A stretch of DNA of 64,000 nt from contig QPGO01000049.1 in assembly GCA_008632985.1 (NCBI GenBank), positions 186,001 through 250,000 on the forward strand, written 5' to 3'. The stretch is from Psammoneis japonica. Its lineage: Eukaryota. Under the pieces are notes generated by a model that worked only from the letters and a program-made list of their open reading frames with translations, was not told the DNA's origin and did not search any database. This document shows, one piece after another, positions 52,330 to 64,000 of this stretch (position 1 is its first letter; each line of letters starts with the position of its first letter). The translations under genes and the position numbers were made by a program.

Positions 52330-55300
52330 GCAGGTGCGCATTTCACACTTCATCCACAGCTTTACTTTTCAACAAGGGTTTGTCAAGAGCCCCTTTGTGT
52401 TCAAATTGCCATGCCCATGCTTGAAACAGTGGGGCCAAAAAGCCAGTCAAGTCCTTTGGAACTAAAGAAGTTGAGGCAAAGTGCGCCGAGGCCGGCACCT
52501 CACCCTTTGAAGAAGAGCGAGCACGCCAGCTGACAGAAATATGGAAGAGCTGGATTTTGGTGGTCAACCTTCATGATGAACAAGGAAATGGTGAACAGCA
52601 GCAGCGACCCATTGGCAATGCAAATGTGCCAACAGATCACTCCATCTTTTGGCTGGGCGGCCAAAATTTGCTGGGGTGATGGTGCACTCTGGCGTGAACG
52701 CCAAAGTGGGCTGGGGCTCGAGTCAAGGGGCCAACCAAGTGTCTCAGCTGTCTGGGTGTCTGTGCATCTAGGCATGCCATCACAGGCATGAGACCAGGCA
52801 CTTCCACCTGACCAGACCAAAGAAAAACTGTTCTCCTGTCCCTGGAGCACATGCCCTTGTTGTTTGCAGGGCACACCTGTGCAACGGTCTCTGCAAGGAG
52901 ACTTGTCTGCTGCAGCATGTGAACAGTGGCAAGGTGTTGCACTGAATCTGGGCTGGAGCTCTGCTTGCCATGTTTGCTTGACATCATTCAAGCTCAAGTG
53001 TTCAGTCAGAACAAGAGCTGCTCGTTCTTGTCCAAATCCTGCCAGATTGACAGTCTTGACGACCCTCGTCAAACCACGAGCTGTCATCAAGCAACAACAA
53101 CTTCACAAGGACACAAGTGCATGAGTGATGACTGGAGTGGTTTCTGGGGTCCACTTGACAGCAAAGTCAGAAGCCACTCAGAGAAAGATGCACAGGTGAT
53201 GCACACAGTGTCAAGTTGTTGACATGGGGAGCAACGACCGAAATCAAAAAAGAGCTGGGTTTTGGCAAGCAACCTTCATGACAAATGAAAAAAACACCAA
53301 TTGGCAGCAGCAACAAATTGGCAGTGCAAATGCCAATGGATCACTCCATTCCTTGGTTGGGAAACAGAGAAATCCACTGGCATCAGCGGCACATTCTTGT
53401 GCGAGTGCCAAAGTGGGCTTGGGTTTGAGTCACACCAACCAAGTGTCTTGGCCTTCTGAGCATCTGTGCATCTGGGCATGCCATTGCATGGGAATGAAAC
53501 CAGGCACTTCCACCTGGCCAGACCAAAAACTGTTCCTCTGACCCTGGAACACATGCCCCCGTTGTCCACAGTGGCACCTGCGATGGTCTCTTCATGGAGA
53601 CTTGTCTGCTGTGTGTGGACAGCAGTGAGGTGATGTGCCAGGTCTGGGACAGAAGAACAAGAGTGGCTCACTCTTGTTGTTCAAATCCTGTCAACAGCCC
53701 ATGAAAGAGAGGGCAGCAAAGCAAGGTGATGCAGAAAGCAAAAGGAAGTTGATGAAGCCAATGAGCTCAAATGGAGGTGCAACCAGCACAAGCAAAGCAA
53801 GAAGATTTGTGAAAAAGCCACAACTTGAGGTGGCTGGCTTCAGAGCAAAAGCAAGCAAACAGTGGTGTGCCAAAGGCCCAGGCTGCAGGAGGAGTCAGAG
53901 GGCAATGCCATGTCACAAGAACCCAAATGCTTTAAACTGCAAGCTGCCAGAGAAAAGTGCAACTCATGATCTGAAAGATGCAGAGAGCAAGATTCAGCAA
54001 GCACTGCCACAAGATTGCAAAAACAATTTGAGTCATTGGTTGAAACTGCAGCATGCACAAGAATGGCCCACCATGCACCCAGGAATGTTCTGTTTTCAGC
54101 TTCAATGTGAGCCATTCAAAAATGTCACATCAGTCACAGCCAACAAAGGACAACAGGTCAACAGATGAAGTCATTTTCAAATGCTGGACAACCTGATTGG
54201 CAACACTCTTCCTTGTCCTTCTTGTCATGGCCACTGACACAATGCAGAGGACTCAGTGAGCAATGATGCAAGTTGTGAAGAACAGCCCTGCCATGCTGCT
54301 TGGCAATGTCTGCAACCCTTCATGCTTGAACACATCAACTCTGACTTGGTTGGTTTCACAAAAGCATCCTTGCACAAAGAGCAACATGGGCACCTCATCT
54401 GTGTCGAGTTGCTCCAGCACACCCAGTTGCTCCTTTTTTTGCACACATCCATTCCAGCAAAAAAGAGTGTCAGTGCAGAGTTTGATCCATTGTTGGAGCA
54501 GAAATGGGAGCAGTGGCCTGCCTTGCTTTTTCAATCAAAGCCTTGCTGTGTCAACAGAGTGTGAGTGCACAACAACAGCTGGCACATCAGCATGAGAACT
54601 GGCTGAGTGGCAACTGATGTCCTCACCTCAAAGGCACGCAAAAAGCTTTTGGCTGCAGAGAAAAAAGTTTGACATTTTCCATGCCCTTGCAGTTTTGGGC
54701 AATGTCGCTGCATTTAATCAAAACTTTAAATTGTGAAGAACAGTGAAATGAATGACAAAACTCTTCTGTTTGGATGAGCGCAAAAATGTGTGTGAGCTGT
54801 TTTGACTGTTACAGTTTTGTCTCATGACATTGCAAGCCCTCAAACAGATTTTTTACCTGCAGTTTGAAAAATTGCAAAGAGATCTGTGCCTCACAGAAAT
54901 GTTGATGACACATCTGAACTGAACAGGGCAACAAGGTGAAACAAGTGATGGACAGATGCGCACACATGGTGGGGATGCATGCATGCAGATGCACCATGGA
55001 AGAGCAACTTTTGGCAACAATTTCTGGTTCTTCAGCTCTGTTCAAAGTTTTGCATCATGCATTGGTTTTGTTGTCAGGGCTGATCACATTGCCCCATGAG
55101 CATCTAAACCAAAAGTCTGTGGGTCAAAATGTGTCAAGCTGAGTCATTCTTCTGAGTTGCTTGCAAAGAGGAACATGAACATTTTGCACTCAAATGACAT
55201 GGCAGTTGAACAGAGAAAATGCGAGGACAACAAATTTTGTCACATGGGTGAGGAACAAGTTAAAAGGTGTTCACTTCGAGCAAGAAAATTGAGCACCGCT

Positions 55301-55560
55301 TGCATCAATGCAATGATTGACTTGCCATTTCTCAGTGCCAACAACCCAATTTTCCTTCTTAACATCCTCCAGAGGATTGACTTGTGAAGAAGTGGTGCCA
55401 TCAGCATCTTTGACTTTTAAGCTGCCGGGTTCTCCGGCGCTGTTTTCTGGCGTGAAAAGCAAGTCGCTTGCCGTCGCTGGGCTTGTCAGACAGATCACAA
55501 CAGGCCCAACAAGAGACATGTGGTTGACCGACGCATGCCATTGCTGCTTCCAGTCACTGC
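52330..55560. other. TpA/CpG-depleted hypermutated zone 4
   Basis: Same signature; contains an internal duplication and a pseudogene. Confidence 0.85.
52610..53695. repeat. Diverged direct duplication (~52610-53040 vs ~53325-53695)
   Basis: Shared blocks GATCACTCCAT, GCCAAAGTGGGCT, CCAACCAAGTGTCT, CCAGGCACTTCCACCTG. Confidence 0.8.
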
Positions 55561-55620
55561 CAAGAGGACTGATAAGCAGCGCAGCGCCATGGTCTCTCTC
55601 GCTGTTCTGTGTAGCTCGAG
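54148..55620 (-). pseudogene. Hypermutated partial copy of the PDI-like gene 5' part, interrupted by a ~600-bp insertion (~54660-55265)
   Basis: 54148-54660 aligns to 41641-42130, and 55270-55620 aligns to 42150-42490. Peptide 'VLEQLDTDEVPMLLFVQGCFCETNQVRVDVFKHEGLQTLPS' matches 'VLDQLNTDEVPVLLFVRGYFYETGEVGVDVLKYEGLQTLPS'. Confidence 0.92.
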
Positions 55621-55800
55621 TGCAATGTGCCACCGGCACGACTGATCGCCAGCGCAGCCAGCGCGGTAGCGCGCGCGCGCGATCGGATTGAAACAGCAAA
55701 AGCGCCCAACATGGAAACCGGTGGCCTTTGTTGGCTTTTTTCTTTTTTGCTATCATACATTGCGGCGACGCATCGACAATGTCCGATTTTCAACTTGACC

Positions 55801-57063
55801 ATGGTGACGACAATAGCCATGCTTCGATGGTCTTTTTCATTGATGTTAATCATAACGCTCGTATATGTAGCCTTGATTCCAGAATGGCTCGAATTTAGCG
55901 ACATGAACGAATCGTTGGCAGATGCACCGGGCGAATTATTGCTTGGAATCAATCGTCAAGAAGCAAATAATGCATCAACACCAGAAGAGCCGTTGTTTGT
56001 TTCAATCAATCATCAAGAAGCAAATAATGTATCAACAACAACAACACAAGAGCCATTGTTTGTTCCGAGACTTTATCTTTGTGGCTGGGTCAATCCTGAA
56101 GACATACCAGGATTGAAGCTCCTCTTTCCCAACCACACGTACTTTCCCCTGAATGGACAAACCGGGCCACCAAACACAACACGAGCAAATTCCCATGATG
56201 TTTTGATATTGAGCGAATCACCTGCTCCCGCATGCAGCAGCGTTTGGACAAGCGCAAATAACGCATTTTTTGAATGGATGAAGAAATTTCCGGGCAAGGT
56301 CCTATCGCGGAATGGAGAGTCGAGACACATGTGGCGAGGACTACGCGGCGAGTACGAGAATCTTTACTTTATGGGCTATTACCCAGATGACGTTGAGAAA
56401 CGGACTATTCGTTTCATGTTTATGCAAATGATATTGCAGCAATATGGACCAGAATGGTGGCCCAAGTTGATGGATCCTGACGAAAAACCAGTCAATACGA
56501 AAGAACGGTTTCTCATTTATGCTGTTGGTAACTGTGTTGCCTATCGACAGGCAGCTATTTCTCGATTGGCAGAGATTGACACAGTTGATTGTGTGGGTCG
56601 ATGTTGTGGACAGCTAAACCGATCCTTGTGGCGATCGCTGCCGAGGGATAGTCCAATTCATAGCAATCACTGGGAAAACAACAGGGAAGGCTTTTCAAAC
56701 TACCGATTCTGTCTCGTCATGGAGAACAAATCTCAATCAGGGTACGTTACTGAGAAAATTTTGAATGCGTTTCTGGCGGGATGTGTCCCAATTTGGTACG
56801 GTACAGACGAGATTTTTGACATCTTCAACAAGGAGGCGTTCATCTATTACAATCCAGCCGACCCAGAACCAGCACTGGCTCGTGTTCGACATCTTGAGGC
56901 AAGCACGGAGGCATACGACGAAATCATGAAACAGCCCATCTTGGCGCATGGTGAAGAAACAATCAAAAAGTATTTCTCATATACGCCAGAGCTTGGTGGA
57001 GGAGAAGTTATCAAGAGAATCCATAGAATGATGAATCTTTCAACGACGGCTAGTAATTTGTAA
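55801..57063 (+). CDS. Glycosyltransferase family 10 (alpha-1,3-fucosyltransferase-like), type II membrane
   Basis: YRFCLVMEN..GYVTEKILNAFLAGCVPIWYG motif and an N-terminal TM segment. Start codon uncertain. Confidence 0.9.
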   Translation: MVTTIAMLRWSFSLMLIITLVYVALIPEWLEFSDMNESLADAPGELLLGINRQEANNASTPEEPLFVSINHQEANNVSTTTTQEPLFVPRLYLCGWVNPEDIPGLKLLFPNHTYFPLNGQTGPPNTTRANSHDVLILSESPAPACSSVWTSANNAFFEWMKKFPGKVLSRNGESRHMWRGLRGEYENLYFMGYYPDDVEKRTIRFMFMQMILQQYGPEWWPKLMDPDEKPVNTKERFLIYAVGNCVAYRQAAISRLAEIDTVDCVGRCCGQLNRSLWRSLPRDSPIHSNHWENNREGFSNYRFCLVMENKSQSGYVTEKILNAFLAGCVPIWYGTDEIFDIFNKEAFIYYNPADPEPALARVRHLEASTEAYDEIMKQPILAHGEETIKKYFSYTPELGGGEVIKRIHRMMNLSTTASNL

Positions 57064-57713
57064 GCGCCCAGCAAGTACTGCACAAGATAGCTTTACTCAT
57101 GGACATGGTTTGAGTGATTTGCACGGTGGGAAATGGATCAAGAATATGGATATAAAGCTTTTTGCTTGTTTGATAAGCAAGCCTCGAGGAAAGGAATATG
57201 CCTCCTTTTCTCACCCGGCGGTTCAACTGTAACCTTACAGTACGTAGGGCCCTAAATAACAAAAAGAAGCATTTTTTGAAATTTGAAATTTTGGTGAAAG
57301 AAAAAAGATTCGTCTTGGTCAAATGCTGCGCGAATCATCATCCTACTGCAGTACCTTAACCGGCCGAACCATGAGAGCGCAGCTATACTACTCTATGCTA
57401 CTACTAGCTAGGGCCCTACAGTAGTAGAGCTAGTAGTAGCCGGTCCATCCAGAGCGAGGTCCCAAATACCCAATCGCACTGATTGACAGACTGTTCTACT
57501 AGTACAAATTTATTCTACGTAACTTTCTTCGACAGTCTCACTTCCGAAGACGTCCCCCAACGCATTCAAAAACGTGCTTTTCTTACCAGGAGGACGAGAG
57601 ACGCAATAGAATAAACCACGGCAGGGACCTGCTGAAGGGACAGAGATTATTTGTCGATACCTGCACGAGCAATAGCAACTCTTCTGAACTCTTCTGGAGT
57701 ATTCGCATCATTC

Positions 57714-59292
57714 ATGGGCTCAACAATATCGAAAAGTGACGACGAGAGTAGGCTAATAAAGTCTGTATTGGAATGGAAGGAGGACGAAGTACGCAGACTT
57801 GTCGTTGAGAAAAAAGTCAACGTTAACGTGATCGACAACAAAGGGTCCACGCCGCTTCTCCTCGCCGTCTTTTGCGGACATTGGAATATAACCAAGTTGC
57901 TCATAGAATATGGGGCAAACATTAATGCTACCAACGACTGTGGGTTTTCGCCTCTCCACTACGCCAGCATGTTGGGATATTGGAGTATTGCTGACCTTCT
58001 CCTAGATCATGGTGCCGACGTCCACTCTACCGACAAATACGGAAACACGCCTCTTCACTTGGCCAGCGGGAATGCGAATGCACATATTGCGGCACTACTA
58101 CTGGAATCGGGTTCTGACATGTATGCGAAAAAAACAACTGGCAATACACCCTTGATGGATGCAAGGGAAAACAATGCGCCACAAGTTGTTTCCTTGTTGG
58201 AAGCTGCAGAAAAAGGTTAGCTGGTAGCGGTTCGTTGTTGTGTCATTGCTCGAATGAGACATTTGCGAAGCTGAACTCCTTCTTGTTATCGTTGTTTCTG
58301 TCTTAGTTTTTGTAGAGAATAACGAAGAACAGAAAAGGCAATGGCTGGCAAAGCAAGTGGAGCGTGTCGAGGAAGGGGAAAGGCTGAAGTTAGAAAACCA
58401 CATAGAAAGCCTGAGGCAAAGACGAGAACACGACCGGATCCAGGAAGGCAGGTGTCCCAAATGTGGAATTATGAAGCCAGAAAAGAGAAGCACATTTATG
58501 CATAGGCGCTTCCAAGTAACGGTTGAAGATTTATCGATATGTGGAGATTGTTTGGCCCGACATAACGACGCAGGCACATGCACAGAACAACATGGAACCA
58601 ACGTGGCACTGTCCCATTCCCCGAACCTTGATCACCCAAGTATGTGGTCTATTTCCTATGACCAGCTCATTGAGTTTCATCGCGATGCATCAAAAGAATT
58701 TGAATATGGATATCGTCGAAAGACAATGCATGACGTGGTCAAACACATGATTGCTCCTCGGTGTCATCAGGAGGGCAAATCTTATGCACTGTATCTCAAT
58801 CCAAGTGGCTTGAAAGTAGATGTGTTTGTCACACATGCTTGGAATGAACCATTTCAACAATTTGTGGAATCAATTATCCGAGTGTTTGCCACTTCCTACC
58901 GCAAACCCAACCTTTGGATTTGTTCCTTTGCACTGAATCAAGCTGGAAGCATCACAGACCAGCTTAACAATGAGCTGTCCGACGCACCCTTTGTGAAGGC
59001 ATTGCAGGCAGCGGATCAATATGTGGTGGTCCGTAATGACCGAACGGACGTGTTTACTCGTAGTTGGTGCGTCTGCGAAGTGATGTATGCTCGGCAGTTT
59101 CAACTGATCCCTAGAAATACCCATATCACAGGTCCTGAAGCACAGTCAAAAAACGACATCACTTGCATGGATGCAAAAGCAACGAATCCCAGAGACCGAG
59201 AAAAAATTATGAAGGTCCTTCTCAATGATTTCGAATTGGTGGAAGTGGACAAATTTATAAACGATTTTCGATTTCACGAAAACTACCGGTAG
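57714..59292 (+). CDS. Ankyrin repeats + CxxC..CxxC + TIR/HET-like domain protein; predicted intron 58216-58315
   Basis: A GT..AG intron joins the two ORFs in frame (G|AG). ANK repeats, then CPKC/CGDC, then VFVTHAW, LWICSFALNQ, TRSWCVCE. Confidence 0.75.
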
Positions 59293-59599
59293 GTGCCGGC
59301 CGGGTGCGAAGCTCTAGAGATACATATGTCACAGCTTTGCGCAATACCAACTTCTCGGTGACTACGTGAATGCCGAAGCAAACTTGGCACATGATCTAAA
59401 ACTTTTCGAGGATATTACGGTGAAATGGAAACAGAGGATACTGTGGAGCTGAAGTCTATGTTGAGCAACGCTTCGAGTTCGAGGATCAGTCGTGGGTACT
59501 GTGGTGTATTTATTGAATCAGTTTTTCTCACTTTTTCCGAGTGTCGATCTTCTAACCCCACTCGCACAATTCAGAGGTTGCCTCTTTTGACGAAACAAA

Positions 59600-60244
59600 A
59601 TGAAGATCACCAGTGTCGTTGCTGCTGCATTTGCCCTTGTTGTCCCTTTCTTTGGGAGCGCGGCCTCTGCTGTGGAACAAAAACGAAGAAAACTGCACGG
59701 CAGTGCCGCTCCATCCTCTGAAAAGATTGACATACCCACGTGCAACTACATGGATTGTATCGATAGTGTTCTGTACATTTTCGAGGGTGAGCAATTCAAT
59801 GACGCCAGGGTCATGCGGGGTAACCATATAAAACCCAGAGTTATTACGTACCTTCGTCAGGCAAAAGGAGCCATGGAAGATGGCGACATGAGAGGCTTGC
59901 GGAGTGCGCTCTGGTACGTTACACGTTATATTAATCATTTGGTAGTTAAGGGTGCCAAGAGAGACAATAAAGAGGCAGAAGATTTTTTTATTGAAGCAAG
60001 AAAAGCACAGACCATGTGTACAGTGGGACTGTTGCAAGACATGACCGACATTTTGTCTCACACCGACGAATTCCGCGACTTTGTGAATGAAAAACCAATG
60101 CAAAAACTAGAAAGGTCAAAGTCATTGTTTGAGGACGGGAAATATAGAAGGAGCAATAACAAGTCTATCAACGGAGTTCTAGACATTACACGTGAACTCG
60201 GAGATAAGATTCATTTCCGTGGTTGCATTGGTAATCATCATTAG
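59600..60244 (+). CDS. Secreted hypothetical protein
   Basis: 214-aa ORF with a signal peptide followed by an RRKL motif. Confidence 0.75.
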   Translation: MKITSVVAAAFALVVPFFGSAASAVEQKRRKLHGSAAPSSEKIDIPTCNYMDCIDSVLYIFEGEQFNDARVMRGNHIKPRVITYLRQAKGAMEDGDMRGLRSALWYVTRYINHLVVKGAKRDNKEAEDFFIEARKAQTMCTVGLLQDMTDILSHTDEFRDFVNEKPMQKLERSKSLFEDGKYRRSNNKSINGVLDITRELGDKIHFRGCIGNHH

Positions 60245-60767
60245 AAGTTTTGTTATGGTCGAGATAAGGGAGTATTTAGTGTAGAAAGAGTCTACTGCAT
60301 AAGATTTGTACATAGGAAGCAATTTCTACTAAATAACAAAGGCAGAATATTCGTTAGCAACTTGTCCTTCTAGACGAGAATCAACAATCATCATGTTTTG
60401 TCCCGACCATAGACAAGGTTTTGACAGAATTCGATGAGAGCGTCGGCTCTGTATGGCCTTCCATTTTCACAGAAGTGAATTATATTGGATATGGCATTGG
60501 AGTAGAAGAGGAAAAAACGAACAAGAAGGAAGAAAGTGCAAAGGCGTCTCGATTCGGATTGGCGGTAGTGTTTGGGTCATGGGCGAAGATCACAAGCACG
60601 TAATAGATCTTATGAAATAAGAGTGCAATACTACAGTATTCTACTGGCAGAGATCAAGAGTTTGAAAATCAACATGCATTTCTAGTTTTGACATCTACAC
60701 TTGAATGAGCGGGTCATCAAGAGCAAAAAAACCATTCACATCCCCCAAAACAACATTGTCCCAACAT

Positions 60768-62936
60768 TTACTCTTCTTCTTCTACTTCCCCATCACGCGT
60801 CTTTTCCGGAGACGCCTGCTCGTGGAAACGCAATCCAGGAGAAATGGTAATATCGGCATACGGCTCGTCTTGATTCAACTCCACATAATCCCACGTTTTG
60901 AGCTGCAACAGCTCAAAAAACACCCCCGCCGCCGTGCGCCTCGAACGGCCATAGCTCAGCTTGTCATACGACACTTGCTCCGTGTCGTCTCGCATGGTGC
61001 GCTTGAGCATGCCCAGCACTTCCACCGTGTGTTTGTGCCACTTGGAATTGGCCGATACCAACTCACCACCCGCCTCTTGGCGCTCGTCGTCCATGCCCAT
61101 GTCATTGACGGGGCCAAGCGAAAACTCGGAATCGCGAGAACCGACACTGCGGGCGTCTTCTGGGCCTATTGAATAAGAATAAATTGGAATGTGGTGAGAA
61201 CAACACTCCGTACTTTGCAAAAGATAAAAATCAATATCAATAGAAAATACTCACTGTCCACCATGGCCTTGACCTCGTCGACAAAACCAATCTCGTCTCC
61301 ATCGGGATGCGGAAAGCTGTCCTCTTGATCAAATTCCATTTGCTGCGGTGGTTCGTCATCGACCGGAGGCGGAAAGTCGTCTTCTTGATCAAAAGCGGGA
61401 GCTTGATCCTCAAACTCAACCGGCTGCTCTTCTTCTTCTTCTTCGTCATTACGACGCCCCACTTCCACTTCTTCTTGTGCCGCCGCGTCTTGCATTTCCG
61501 CTTCCGCTTTGGATTCTTGTTGCGCTTCACCCGCGGCGCCGCGCATGGCAAAGGGAATGGGCTTGCCCTTGAGGATTTGCGTGTTGCGCTCCCACACCTC
61601 CAAAAGATCGGGAGCCATGCATCCGTCGTCCGCCAAGCCGGGGCGCATGAGAAGACGTTCATTGGAAAGGGACGACAAAATGATGGATTTGGGCTTGGGT
61701 TTCTTGCCGAGACCGCCGTCCAGGACCAAATCGCTCGTGTCGCGCAGCATTTGCTTGATGTAATCATTCGTGAGTTCCGTCGCGTCATTGTCAATAATAA
61801 CCTTGCGGCGTTTGCGCATGCGGCGTGGCTTCTCCTTGGACTCGCGCTTGCGCTTGGGTGACGATGACTCTTGTGTGTCATTCAACGAAATACCACCCGA
61901 ATCGTCCTGGCGTGCCTCTTCTCCCTCGGGAGACAGCGCCATGATGCTGCTTGCGCGATTCTGTTGCGAGCCGTCATCCTCAAAGGGGATATTGGAAATA
62001 TCGGCGTCGTCCTCAAACGCGGGAAAATCGTCGGGTTGGTCCTGACCGGGCGTGACGGGGCCCATGGAGGAATCATCCGCGGGTTTGGAGGGGAGAATGG
62101 AAGAGCGGCGGAGCTGTGAAGCGAGACAAAGCAACAGAAAAACGCCGTGAGCAACTCTTCAGTAACAACACACAACACAACAATAAACCTATATTTCAAC
62201 TCACTTGAGTATCCGACGTAAGCGAGTCTTCTGCGGCTCGCACGCGCTCCACATCCGACACTTGACTCTCATTGTCGGCTCGTTCCGTATCCAAACTGTC
62301 CTCAAAGACGTGACGGTCTTCATCCTCGGGATCAAAGGGAGCCCAATCATTCTCCTCTTCCTCTTGCTGTAATTGCTGCGCCTGTTGAGTCCCCATCATG
62401 GCACGACGAGCGTCGTTCTCGTCTTGCGGGTCATCTTCCGCCAAGACCCACTCGTTCGCGTCGTCGGCGGTTTGATCGAGTTCAAACGGAATCAACAAGG
62501 CCGCGCCCCAATCGCCCTGCTGGCCGCCGGCGTTGTTGTTGTGATCCAACAAGAGCACGGGCTGCTCTTCTTGGTATTCTCCAAAGTTGGCTACATTGCC
62601 TTCGGACTGACGTCGCTGTTCCAAATCAACCGAGGTCTTTTTCGCTTCCAAAGACGACGACCCATGAAAGGCCAGTTTGATTTTCACCATGGCTTCGGTA
62701 CAATCGTGCATGAGGTACTTGACCTTGCGGGAATAAATCCGAACCACACCCAGCAACAAGTGGCCACTGACACGCAGAGCAAGTGGAACGGTCGGATTGA
62801 CAATACTATCCACCGAAGCGGAAATGTCGGTATTGAAAATCTGGGGACGGCCCAGTTTCTTATCGCCCCAATGCGCCGCCAGCCAAACCTTGCCGAGGGG
62901 ACCTTTTTTCGCGAGAATAATTTGTGAATAAAACAT
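60768..62936 (-). CDS. RAD21: Cohesin kleisin subunit Rad21/Rec8 family (3 exons)
   Basis: N-terminal [43 protein letters not shown] and C-terminal [15 protein letters not shown] winged helix. Confidence 0.95.
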
Positions 62937-63714
62937 TGTATTGAAGCGTTTCTGTACAGTATGAGAAAAAGAAAGCGCAAAAGTGAGAAAGCGGTGAGAG
63001 AGCGAATAAAGCTGCATAAGGACTCGATTCTGAAAACAGCGCGCAGCGGCAACAGAACGTTTTCAAACTCAACAACAGCGACGCTTCTCCAATTACACAC
63101 AGAAACAACGACTCCTTTTCCAAATCACACGCTTCTACGTTAGACTCATAAACGACACAAGCAACTCCTCATCCGACTCACCTGTTGCTGTCGCTACGAC
63201 GACTCAGTAGGATCGTGTAGGGATTGTTTTTCGCTCGTACGGTGCGGCGTGTATGATACGGATTGCTGCCGCTCTCTCCACCACTCTCTCGAGTCAATTC
63301 AAAGCAATTTCAAACAATACGACGTTCTTATCAACAGTGCAGACGACGACGACGGTATGCTATAAATCAACAATGCAGACGCAATCGGCAGTGTTGTTGT
63401 TGTTGTTGTTGTTTTGTTGTTGTTCATGAAGTGAGCCGTGCTTTTTGTTGTGAAGCATGTGAGCCGGCGCGGACGTAGATCCTACGGAGACTTTGTACTG
63501 AGAATCATGTATGTACCTACATACCAAAAATCTTGTATGTAGGGATATACTAGATGCTCCGTAGAGCGCGCTGGAGGCAGTTTTTGGCGCGGCGCGGGTT
63601 CTCGTTCTGATCTCAAAAAAGAGCCAGAGAAGATAGATTGCACAGCAAAGTTTTGTGCCCCCTCTCTCTACTCTAGAGAGTAGAGAGAGTAGAAAGTCAC
63701 CTCGACACACCAAT

Positions 63715-64000
63715 GCAACCATGACAAAAAAGGGTCATCCAAGAACCAAGCATTTGAGTGCAAAGTTGCATCACTTTAGGAGGGATTGTGGTGGTGTCTC
63801 CCAGAGGTGAGGAAACATCAACCCCAAAACAAAAAACAAAAGAAAAACTTGAGACTTTCTCAAAAAGTCAATTTTTGAGTTTTGTGGCCCATGACAGAGT
63901 CCAGCTCTGCTGTTGTGCACAAATGAGCACAAATGACAACCTCATTTTTTAGCTTTTGTCAACTGCTTGGAGTGCAACAATCTTGAAAAATTTGGTGGGG
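63715..64000. other. Start of another TpA/CpG-depleted zone
   Basis: Abrupt loss of most TA/CG dinucleotides after ~63715. Confidence 0.55.

Noticed and set aside
63383..63425. (TGT)n tract
   Set aside because: Ordinary short microsatellite.

Overview
This is eukaryotic DNA, most likely from a diatom (short GT-AG introns, an ASAF-like plastid targeting motif, a CoDi-like Copia element). Islands of ordinary genes alternate with sharply bounded repeat zones at about 1-10.5, 15.6-22.9, 42.6-46.8, 52.3-55.6 and >63.7 kb. The genes encode a plastid coiled-coil protein, a single-pass membrane protein, NECAP, a ~5000-aa Ig-like-repeat adhesin, a PDI/thioredoxin-like protein, an ankyrin protein, a CLC channel, a GT10 fucosyltransferase, an ANK+TIR/HET-like protein, a secreted protein and RAD21. 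The main result: in the repeat zones both CpG and TpA have largely been converted to TpG/CpA. Three internal duplicate pairs show TA->TG or TA->CA directly: a gene and its pseudogene, a tandem duplication at the end of pol, and the two LTRs. This suggests a targeted A:T->G:C hypermutation of silenced DNA at TpA, loosely a mirror image of fungal RIP. The full-length Copia element (1785-9410, TSD CCAAC) also has a PBS complementary to its own LTR, as in Tf1-type self-priming, and an extra ORF after pol. All alignments and counts were made by eye, and novelty needs a literature check.
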